Source: an uncultured virus (IMG/VR IMGVR_UViG_3300031853_000016) (Duplodnaviria > Heunggongvirae > Uroviricota > Caudoviricetes). Taken from it: a stretch of DNA of 64,000 nucleotides. Below, one piece after another: positions 56,677 to 64,000 of the stretch. The notes under the pieces were generated by a model. That model saw only the letters and a list, made by a program, of their open reading frames with translations, was not told the DNA's origin and searched no databases. Both the position numbers and the translations under genes were made by a program. The stretch lies in the IMG/VR virus record IMGVR_UViG_3300031853_000016; one strand, written 5' to 3'. Every line of letters starts with the position of its first letter. Position 1 is the first letter of the stretch.

Positions 56677-56898
56677 TTACTTCCTTATGCTTCTCCACAG
56701 CTCCTGACGGGCGTTTTTCAGAGCCGTGCGCTCGTCAAGGTCTCTGTATGCCCTTGCACGGTAGACCGCCCTTCTTGCGTCCGTGCGTGCGTCTGAGCGG
56801 TGTTCCAGTATCTTCCACAGTCTGACCTCGCTGTAGATGAGATACGCTTCGAGGACGGCTATTGCTATGTAGTGCAGAACTGTTATTGTGTCGGTCAA
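56677..56898 (-). CDS. Small membrane protein
   Basis: N-terminal TM. Confidence 0.5.
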   Translation of the reverse strand: MTDTITVLHYIAIAVLEAYLIYSEVRLWKILEHRSDARTDARRAVYRARAYRDLDERTALKNARQELWRSIRK

Positions 56899-57110
56899 GG
56901 TGATGCCTCCTTTTCTTCCTGATTCTTCATAAGCGGACGTGCCTCTTCAGGATGTGCAGAGCAGTATGAGCTGAGGGCCTTTCCTATGTTTTCAGCCATT
57001 CTGGAAACACATTCCGCTCTCTTTTCGGGGGTAAGACTGTCGAAGCGCACCGGGGGCGCTCCTCCGATCGATATGTAGCTTACACATTTAAGTTCTGTAC
57101 GTTTTGCCAT
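56895..57110 (-). CDS. Hypothetical phage protein
   Basis: AAGGAG RBS. Confidence 0.55.
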   Translation of the reverse strand: MAKRTELKCVSYISIGGAPPVRFDSLTPEKRAECVSRMAENIGKALSSYCSAHPEEARPLMKNQEEKEASP

Positions 57111-57158
57111 AATAACATCTCCTTTCGGTCAATTGTATGCGGTATGGGTTGTACGGAT

Positions 57159-57371
57159 TTACTCATCATCGTCTTCTTCGTCAACGATCTCCATGTTTCT
57201 GAAAGCATATGTAAGCATATCAGAAACGGTCTTGATCTGCGACTCTTTTGTTATCGACATTACTGTCTCGATCATTGCAGCAGCTTCCTTTGTACACTTG
57301 ACAACCTTGGTCTCTTTGTACTCTTTTACGCTGTGCTTCTTGACCTTGAATGTTTCAACACCTTTTGCCAT
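57159..57371 (-). CDS. Small putative DNA-binding protein
   Basis: RBS; beta-helix-helix pattern. Confidence 0.5.
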   Translation of the reverse strand: MAKGVETFKVKKHSVKEYKETKVVKCTKEAAAMIETVMSITKESQIKTVSDMLTYAFRNMEIVDEEDDDE

Positions 57372-57437
57372 GGTTTTACTCCTTTCTTGATTCCTCCTGC
57401 TCCGTCTGATATAATTAAGGCGGAAGGAGGTGATATA

Positions 57438-57632
57438 ATGACTATTGATGATCTCAGCATAAAGCTTGATAAGATTACTGATGATTTTGCTTCACAAATT
57501 CGAGCTGAATACCCCGAAAACTCACAAGTTCCCGCCAAAGAACAAGACATCGGGATTTTAGCACACGAAATCTACGGAACTATGCGTGATTTCAAAGAAG
57601 CAATCATCGACTATCTAAAACAAGCTAAGTAA
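57438..57632 (+). CDS. Antisense-oriented moron protein
   Basis: Own TTGATT-17bp-TATAAT promoter (57387-57415) and AAGGAGGTGA RBS. Confidence 0.7.
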   Translation: MTIDDLSIKLDKITDDFASQIRAEYPENSQVPAKEQDIGILAHEIYGTMRDFKEAIIDYLKQAK

Positions 57633-58039
57633 TTCACTTGCCGTCTGTATCTTCATTGCAGGCGGCTTTTTCTTCATCAGGAGTATAGTTTACACTTATG
57701 AGGGGTACACCGCTTGCTTCTTTGTAAAGCTCTCTTGAAAGTTCCTGTATTCTTTCAAGTTTTTTCAGCAGTTCTTCTTTGCCTTCAATTACAATCTTCA
57801 TTTCAGTTTTCCTCCTTTTCATTTAGTTTTGTTATCAGCTGGAAGTCGGCACTCAGCAAGTATCGCTTTCAGCTGATTTGCTTTCTCTATCAGCTTGTCA
57901 AGCTGCTTTTCGGCTTCGCCTGTGTCGATAGTCAACTTGATGATATTTTTTCCCTTGGGTGCATTCATTTTCGTTTACGCTCCTTTCTTGATTTCACCTG
58001 CTCCGTTTGATATAATAAAGGAGAGGAGAGGTGAAAAAC

Positions 58040-58360
58040 ATGCAGATATCAAAAAAAGAATATCAATTATTAAAAAATCTTTACCGTAAAAGCCGGATAT
58101 TGCCTGAAAGCCGTGAACGCGAAAGCCTTTTAAATAAAAAACTCATCGCTGCTGAAGTATCAGGAATGGAAAATGGAATAATCCAGTTTTCAGATCAATA
58201 TGAAATAACTGATTCTGGCATCATTGCATTTGAAGAATACCGATTTACACATTCAACAGTAAAGTGGACTTCAATAAGATCATGGATAGCGATCTTAATA
58301 TCAGTTGCAGCTATCACACTTACAGCGATCAATATTTACCTGTCTCATTTCACACCCTGA
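58040..58360 (+). CDS. Antisense-oriented moron protein with C-terminal TM
   Basis: Own TTGATT-17bp-TATAAT promoter (57988-58016); C-terminal hydrophobic helix. Confidence 0.7.
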   Translation: MQISKKEYQLLKNLYRKSRILPESRERESLLNKKLIAAEVSGMENGIIQFSDQYEITDSGIIAFEEYRFTHSTVKWTSIRSWIAILISVAAITLTAINIYLSHFTP

Positions 58361-58523
58361 CATTCTCCACAAGTATGATTATCTGCGGTATCAGGCATAA
58401 AACTGATAATACCAGTGCGATCCAGCTTAACACCGCCTGCTTTTTGTATGCCTGCCTTGCCCTCGCCCCGGTCTTAGTCTCGGGGCTTTTCTTTTTTTCC
58501 TGCTCCATGTCTCCACCTCCTTT

Positions 58524-58742
58524 TCATGTGGTTTTGTTTGTGCTTGGTTTTATACCGAGGATATCATCAGGTGTAACATGGAAGATATCAGCCATTTTCA
58601 CAAGATAACTTACTGGAAAATCTTTTTTATTTTCCCAGTTATAAAATGTCTTGCGCTCAATATCTAACAATTTGCAAAAGCCCTCGATACTGATTGAATT
58701 TCTCGCACATTCGGCGCGAATAGTTTTGAACACTGATTCCAA
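58524..58742 (-). CDS. Cro-like XRE regulator
   Basis: ERKTFYNWE, MADIFHVTPDDILG; divergent from CI. Confidence 0.8.
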   Translation of the reverse strand: MESVFKTIRAECARNSISIEGFCKLLDIERKTFYNWENKKDFPVSYLVKMADIFHVTPDDILGIKPSTNKTT

Positions 58743-58756
58743 GATATCACTCCTTT

Positions 58757-58921
58757 CACAAACACGTTTTGTGTTCATGTGTATATTATACCACGTTTTG
58801 TGTAAGTGTCAATACTTTACGAGAAAAAAGCTACACAAAAAGTGTTCACTGTTTTTATGCAACTTGCACACACAATGTGTTTCTTTTTCTACTTGACTAT
58901 TTACACATTATGTGTTATAAT
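58757..58921. promoter_or_regulatory. Phage B genetic switch: divergent promoters and operator repeats
   Basis: TTGACT-17bp-TATAAT (58893-58921, +), TTGACA-16bp-TATAAT (58785-58812, -), about five ACACA-N4-GTGTT-like sites. Confidence 0.75.
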
Positions 58922-58945
58922 CTACACAATAGGAGGTGCATAATA

Positions 58946-59581
58946 ATGACTGTTGCAGATAATCTAAAAAACGAACGAAAAAAAAGCGGCTTATCGCAAA
59001 AAGAGTTTGCAGATAAGCTTGGAATGAACGCAAGAACCTATGCATCATACGAAAGAGGAGAAAGAGATATTAGTACTGCTGTACTTTTAAGTATTTGCAA
59101 AGCACTTGACATTTCTTCAGACATCCTTCTCGGGACCAATTCACCGGCACAAGAACCACAAATCAAAAAAATCCCCTACAGCGAAGCAGACTGTTCGAGA
59201 GTGCCGCTGATAGGCAGGGTAGCGGCAGGGTACAGCTGTCTTGCAGAGGAGAATATATCTGAATATATCTTAACTGACAGTGATATACTTAAGGACGGCT
59301 ACGATTATTTCTGGCTGAAAGTCAAGGGAGACAGCATGGAGCCGACGCTCCTCGAGGGTGATCTGGTGCTCGTCCGAGCTCAGAACGTCCTTGAAACGCC
59401 ATGCCTTGCAGTCGTTACCGTAGACCAGGAAGACGGTCTGGTCAAGTATGTTGATATAGATACTCATAAGATAACCCTTAACAGCGTGAATCCCTGCTAT
59501 CCGCCCCGTATCTTTGCAGATAAGGAAATGAACCGTGTATCGGTAGTAGGGCAGGTAGTGGAGTCTAAGCGGAGATACTGA
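58946..59581 (+). CDS. CI repressor (XRE HTH plus S24 autoproteolytic domain)
   Basis: VPLIGRVAAG cleavage site, VKGDSMEP, LVK. Confidence 0.93.
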   Translation: MTVADNLKNERKKSGLSQKEFADKLGMNARTYASYERGERDISTAVLLSICKALDISSDILLGTNSPAQEPQIKKIPYSEADCSRVPLIGRVAAGYSCLAEENISEYILTDSDILKDGYDYFWLKVKGDSMEPTLLEGDLVLVRAQNVLETPCLAVVTVDQEDGLVKYVDIDTHKITLNSVNPCYPPRIFADKEMNRVSVVGQVVESKRRY

Positions 59582-59594
59582 GAGGAGGAATAAT

Positions 59595-59999
59595 ATGAAT
59601 ATAATAAAATATCCCTCAGATGAAGCTGTACGCGCCGCTATGGCAGCAGATGAGCCGTTGCTTGTACTGATATCCTTTGACGGCAAGACCGCCATTATGA
59701 GCCAGATAGATGAAGCTATGGAGCATCATATACTTCTGATGAAGGCAGGCTTCAAGGATACCGATATCGACAAGTTCTTCCGCATCGTTCTGGACAAGAG
59801 CGGAGCTGACTGGACATTCGTGTGTCCGCCTGACTACAAGGGCATACAGTTCAAGGATAAGCGCATAGAGGCTTTCTACAAGGACGGATTTGCCGTTATT
59901 TCAGACTTCCTGCACTCTATTGGCTATCTTGTAGGCATCGACATTCCGAAGCGCTACAGGCGACATCTGGACGTTCTGAGCAACGACAGCTATAAATAA
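59595..59999 (+). CDS. Accessory hypothetical protein co-transcribed with CI
   Basis: GAGGAGG RBS; followed by CCCCTGC/GCAGGGG hairpin. Confidence 0.75.
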   Translation: MNIIKYPSDEAVRAAMAADEPLLVLISFDGKTAIMSQIDEAMEHHILLMKAGFKDTDIDKFFRIVLDKSGADWTFVCPPDYKGIQFKDKRIEAFYKDGFAVISDFLHSIGYLVGIDIPKRYRRHLDVLSNDSYK

Positions 60000-60093
60000 A
60001 AGCACCCCTGCTCCGTGCAGGGGATATCACTAAGGAGGGATATATTATGTGAATAAATACTAAAAATTTTAAATTTTGTTAATATTTTCTTAG

Positions 60094-60122
60094 TTGACAA
60101 ACTGCCGAAAATATCATATAAT
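60094..60122 (+). promoter_or_regulatory. Sigma-A promoter for NYN gene
   Basis: TTGACA-17bp-TATAAT. Confidence 0.8.
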
Positions 60123-60232
60123 AATATTGCAATTAAATATTGCATTTATGTGATAGTAAACCTCTGGCAGTAATCCTCCCACTATAAGGGAAGCGACGAA
60201 CCCAGGGGTTTTTCTTATACTGGAGGTGCAAA

Positions 60233-60934
60233 ATGAGCGAAGATATACGCCAAAAATTTGACGTTAAAACAGCTATTCTAATTGATGGAGGCTTTTATAG
60301 AAAACGATCTTACTATCATTGGGGTGAAAAGGCACCCAAAGAAAGAGCTGACGAATTAAACGATTTCTGTATGCGCTTGCTTAAAAACCGAAGCGAGCAC
60401 AGACAATTATATCGTATTTTTTATTATGACTGTCCGCCGCTCAACAAGAAAGTATATCATCCACTACTAAAAAGAACTATTGATCTTGGCAAATCAGATG
60501 AATACAAATGGACAACTGAATTTTTCAACGAATTAAGATGCAGACGTAAATTTGCTGTAAGATTGGGTACATTATCGGATAGTACAGCACAATATACACT
60601 AAGGCCTGAATCTGTCAAGAAAATTGTCAATAAGAGCCTTGCTATCGATGACCTTACCGAAGCAGATTTTCAGTTCCGTGTTGAACAGAAGGGTGTTGAT
60701 ATGAGAATAGGAGTCGATATTATATCTATGGCGCTAAAAAAACAAGTAGATCAGATAATTCTTGTCTCAGGAGACAGTGATTTCGTTCCAGCTGCAAAAC
60801 AAGGCAGACGTGAAGGTCTTGATATAATTCTTGCTCCTATGGGAGCTACAATAAAGCCAGATCTACATGAACATATTGACGGTTTGATCAATACTGTCAG
60901 AATGTATACCGATGAAGAACAAACTGAAAAGTAA
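60233..60934 (+). CDS. NYN-domain (LabA/DUF88, PIN-like) nuclease
   Basis: ILIDGGF, RIFYYD, QKGVDMRIGVD, LVSGDSDFVP. Confidence 0.9.
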   Translation: MSEDIRQKFDVKTAILIDGGFYRKRSYYHWGEKAPKERADELNDFCMRLLKNRSEHRQLYRIFYYDCPPLNKKVYHPLLKRTIDLGKSDEYKWTTEFFNELRCRRKFAVRLGTLSDSTAQYTLRPESVKKIVNKSLAIDDLTEADFQFRVEQKGVDMRIGVDIISMALKKQVDQIILVSGDSDFVPAAKQGRREGLDIILAPMGATIKPDLHEHIDGLINTVRMYTDEEQTEK

Positions 60935-60945
60935 GGAGTGATTCT

Positions 60946-62376
60946 ATGCAGACAGCTGCCGCATACATAAGAGTCTCGACCGATGACCAGATAGAATACT
61001 CCCCCGACTCTCAGCTCAAAGCAATACGCAAATACGCAAAGGAGCACAGTTTTATACTGCCGGAGGAGTTTGTATTTATCGACGAAGGCATAAGCGGACG
61101 CAAAGCTGACAAGCGTCCTGCGTTCCAGCGCATGATAGGCACGGCAAAGCTTAAGCCGAAGCAGTTTGACACTATCCTGCTGTGGAAGTTCAGCCGATTT
61201 GCCCGAAACCGTCAGGACAGTATCGTATATAAGTCCATGCTGAGAAAACAGTGCGGTATCGACGTTGTATCTATTTCTGAGCAGCTGGGCGAGGATAACA
61301 CATCTATCCTCATCGAAGCGCTGATAGAGGCTATGGACGAGTACTACAGCCTGAACCTTGCAGAAGAGGTCAAGCGCGGAATGAATGAGAAGTTCAGCCG
61401 GGGCGGAGTAGTATCACAACCGCCGTTCGGCTACAAGATGAAGGACGGCATTTTCGCTCCCGATGAAGTCAATGCGCCTATAGTACAGATGATATTCTCG
61501 GACTACCTCTCAGGCATGGGCACTCGTGAGATAGCTATTAAGCTGAATGATATGGGAATCAGAACGACGAAGGGCAATTTCTTCGCGAACAGGACCGTCG
61601 AGTACATACTTACAAATGTGACCTACACGGGCAAGCTCCGCCGCAGCAAGAACGGCAGAGACGCTCTCGACCGCTTCCACGAATCCGAGAATACGCTAAT
61701 AGTAGACGGCAAGCACGAAGCGATCATAACGCCTGAGATCTTCGAGGCAGTCCAGAAGAAGCGCTCAGAGGCTAAGCGAACGTATACCCGATACGCTCGT
61801 CAGGCACCAGTTGAATTCATGCTTAAGGGTATCGTCCGCTGTGACAGCTGCGGAGCTACACTGACAATGTCCTCGGGTAAGACATCACTACAATGTCATA
61901 ACTACGCACACGGCACCTGTATGGTATCGCATTCGGTAACGATCAGGAAGCTTAACTCCGCCGTTATAGAGCATCTGAAATCAGACTTCGAGCATCAGAA
62001 CTTCACGATTGACGTGGAAGAGCAGAAGCAGACTTCGGCAGCTCCCGACATTACTGCAATGATCGAACGTGAAAAGAAAAAGCTCTCACGTATTCGTGAG
62101 GCTTACATGGCAGGTATTGACACACTCGAAGAATATCAGCAGAACAAGAAAATCGTACAGTCTCGCATCGATGAGCTGACTGCTGCTATACCTCCTGCTC
62201 CTCTGAGCGAGGAAAAAATCAGAGAAACTATTTCGGGAAGGATCCAGGCAGGACTCCAGATACTTGAAGATGAGGACACAAGTGAGACACTGAAGAATAT
62301 AACTCTCCGCAGCATAGTCGACAGAATCGTCTATATCAAGCCAAAAGGCATCATCGAGATTTTTTATAAACTGTAA
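60946..62376 (+). CDS. Large serine recombinase (integrase)
   Basis: YIRVST catalytic Ser, SRFARN, PPFGY, Zn ribbon CDSCG, coiled coil. Confidence 0.95.
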   Translation: MQTAAAYIRVSTDDQIEYSPDSQLKAIRKYAKEHSFILPEEFVFIDEGISGRKADKRPAFQRMIGTAKLKPKQFDTILLWKFSRFARNRQDSIVYKSMLRKQCGIDVVSISEQLGEDNTSILIEALIEAMDEYYSLNLAEEVKRGMNEKFSRGGVVSQPPFGYKMKDGIFAPDEVNAPIVQMIFSDYLSGMGTREIAIKLNDMGIRTTKGNFFANRTVEYILTNVTYTGKLRRSKNGRDALDRFHESENTLIVDGKHEAIITPEIFEAVQKKRSEAKRTYTRYARQAPVEFMLKGIVRCDSCGATLTMSSGKTSLQCHNYAHGTCMVSHSVTIRKLNSAVIEHLKSDFEHQNFTIDVEEQKQTSAAPDITAMIEREKKKLSRIREAYMAGIDTLEEYQQNKKIVQSRIDELTAAIPPAPLSEEKIRETISGRIQAGLQILEDEDTSETLKNITLRSIVDRIVYIKPKGIIEIFYKL

Positions 62377-62379
62377 ATC

Positions 62380-62421
62380 ATATCTTTCTGACATTTGGCG
62401 GTCTTAACTCCACAAAGATAT
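62380..62421. other. attP-like imperfect inverted repeat
   Basis: ATATCTTTCTG ... CACAAAGATAT (1 mismatch) directly after the recombinase stop. Confidence 0.55.
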
Positions 62422-62423
62422 AT

Positions 62424-62457
62424 AAGAAAAAGCCTCCCCTTTTTGTAAGAGGAGGCT
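62424..62457 (-). terminator. Intrinsic terminator after endolysin
   Basis: AGCCTCC...GGAGGCT stem with U-run on the minus strand. Confidence 0.6.
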
Positions 62458-62464
62458 ACAAGCA

Positions 62465-63169
62465 TTAATCTATAAGTCCGCTGAATTCGTGGTCGGTTAT
62501 GAGAGCATCGTCGAGGTACACCCTCAGGCGGTGCTTTTTTTCTTCCGCAGCTTTCCAGTTGTTGAGTTCCGCTGCCTTTATGATCTCAGGGTAATCCTCA
62601 TACGCTTCGTTGAGGTCAACATCGCCTGCAATGCCGGGGACTGTCCCTGTGCTGCATTTCTGCCAGATGCCGTATTTCCCGGAATAAACAGGCTTAGTCA
62701 CGCCGTAATGAGCTACCCACACGGCATATCTGTTCCGCACTTCCTCGCTCACGAGATTCCCCAGAGGATAGGCAGACATATAGAGACCTACAAAGTATCC
62801 TGCTTTTTCGAGCACGTCGCAGAAAGCTTTTATGATAGCGCTCACCTTTTCTTTTCCGAGAGTGAGTGTGCGCTGTTCCTCGACATCGTAATAGACAGGG
62901 TATTCGAGCTGATTGTATTTGAGTATATCGAGGCAAATTGCCGCCTCCTGACGTGCCTCGTCCTCGCTTGTAGCATACGAGTACCAATACGCTCCGCAAG
63001 GGATATTCGCAGCTTTACAGCCGAAATAATTTGCATCGAAGGTCTTGTCCTTCTGGGATGCCACTCTGCCGTAACCTGCACGGAGAATAGCAAACTCTAC
63101 CCCCGAAGCCCTGACAGTCTCCCAGTCGATCGTACCCTGCCACTCTGATACATCAATTCCTTTTTTCAT
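62465..63169 (-). CDS. Endolysin, GH25 muramidase
   Basis: GIDVSEWQG, ILRAGYG, YYDVE, WVAHY, IWQ, VDLN. Confidence 0.93.
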   Translation of the reverse strand: MKKGIDVSEWQGTIDWETVRASGVEFAILRAGYGRVASQKDKTFDANYFGCKAANIPCGAYWYSYATSEDEARQEAAICLDILKYNQLEYPVYYDVEEQRTLTLGKEKVSAIIKAFCDVLEKAGYFVGLYMSAYPLGNLVSEEVRNRYAVWVAHYGVTKPVYSGKYGIWQKCSTGTVPGIAGDVDLNEAYEDYPEIIKAAELNNWKAAEEKKHRLRVYLDDALITDHEFSGLID

Positions 63170-63548
63170 CGTCCTTTTCCTCCTTTACATTTTTGAGTCG
63201 TTTCAGCAGCGACGCGATCCAGCCTGCCGAATCCGGATTGATCTCCGCGTAGTTTTCGAGTATTGAGATCAGCTCCATGATAACTATATAGCCGAAGACG
63301 AGTATAGCGGTGACTGTACCCGTAACGCCTGCAAGCTCTGCGGCGCTGTAGTAGTGTCCGAGTGCCTTGATGCCTATCTCCAGACCGCAGGCTGTTGCCA
63401 TAACGATAAGCTCGCCGATCTTATTGAGTCCGCCCTTGCGCATCTTGGAGCTGCTGAGCGTACCCGTTATATATCCCTTGATGATACCTGTGATAAAGTC
63501 AGACAGGGCAAGTCCGAGGACTATAGTAAGCATTAGTATGTACTGCAT
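63153..63548 (-). CDS. Phage holin
   Basis: DFITG, SSKMRKG, ELISILEN. Confidence 0.85.
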   Translation of the reverse strand: MQYILMLTIVLGLALSDFITGIIKGYITGTLSSSKMRKGGLNKIGELIVMATACGLEIGIKALGHYYSAAELAGVTGTVTAILVFGYIVIMELISILENYAEINPDSAGWIASLLKRLKNVKEEKDDEKRN

Positions 63549-63558
63549 TTTCTCCTCC

Positions 63559-64000
63559 TTACGTGCCTGACTGTAAACTTAATATCATCTCATAAAGCTC
63601 CCTGTTGGTGGGTGCGTATGGCTGATAATCTGTAAATCCTGCATCATATGCGGCTTTCGGGATTATCATTGGTTTAAACACCACGTTATCCGCAGCTGTA
63701 TTGACATAGATTCGACAGTAATATGTATCTGTACCGTTTGCTGTAAACTCAAATCTTCCGTTCGTTGCTGTAGTTCCTGTCCACGTACTTGTATTTCTGA
63801 ATAATGTAACGTTAAGGATTGATGAAGATACTCCAGAACCGTCAAGAAGGACATAATCCCCCTGTGGGAGCTGTACTGCATCATTGATTGTAAGTGATAC
63901 AGATGATGAGGGCTTGCTGCCGTTGACAAGGATTGTATTGTCTGCATTCACAGTGAAATCAAGCGTGCTTACCGTCTGAGAAGTAACATTGACATTTATC
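63559..64000 (-). CDS. Tail-fibre-like protein, C-terminal part (start likely outside window)
   Basis: FKPMI, DYQPYAPTNREL terminus directly upstream of holin. Confidence 0.6.
   Translation of the reverse strand, partial: INVNVTSQTVSTLDFTVNADNTILVNGSKPSSSVSLTINDAVQLPQGDYVLLDGSGVSSSILNVTLFRNTSTWTGTTATNGRFEFTANGTDTYYCRIYVNTAADNVVFKPMIIPKAAYDAGFTDYQPYAPTNRELYEMILSLQSGT

Larger units (their letters stand above)
48997..64000. mobile_element. Second temperate phage B (partial): early region, serine recombinase, attP-like site, lysis genes
   Basis: Second set of SSB, replication initiator, CI/Cro, integrase, endolysin and holin; sequence looks more GC-rich from about 49.2 kb. Confidence 0.75.

Noticed and set aside
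62489..63148. 219-aa + strand ORF
   Set aside because: Antisense shadow of the GH25 endolysin
1..64000. Alternative genetic code or host chromosomal genes
   Set aside because: Core genes are intact under the standard code and no housekeeping genes are present

Overview
The whole window is temperate siphophage DNA of a low-GC Gram-positive (Clostridia, probably Ruminococcus-like) host; no host housekeeping genes are visible. It is best read as two phage genomes joined through a near-identical radical SAM gene (1-300 matches 48697-48996 with 4 mismatches). Phage A (about 1-48.7 kb) runs early/replication genes, immunity switch, tyrosine integrase, an attP-like site with a tRNA 3' fragment, an uncharacterised post-lysis cassette, lysis genes, tail, head and packaging genes, then middle genes. 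Phage B (about 49-64 kb) runs replication/recombination genes, CI/Cro switch, NYN moron, large serine recombinase, attP-like inverted repeat and then its own lysis genes. The best-supported highlight is a diversity-generating retroelement: RT, a 98-bp template repeat and a variable repeat in a 447-aa tail-region protein (16 of 17 differences at template adenines), with downstream hairpins and no recognisable avd gene. Other leads are an 8-gene Gly/Gln/Cys-rich cassette with a Cys-His-Asp peptidase candidate, a stand-alone NrdD-type glycyl-radical mini-protein next to the holins, a MuF minor head protein with a HExxH extension, an NYN nuclease behind a structured leader RNA, and several promoter-terminator small RNA candidates. 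All product calls come from motifs and synteny read by eye; no searches were run.
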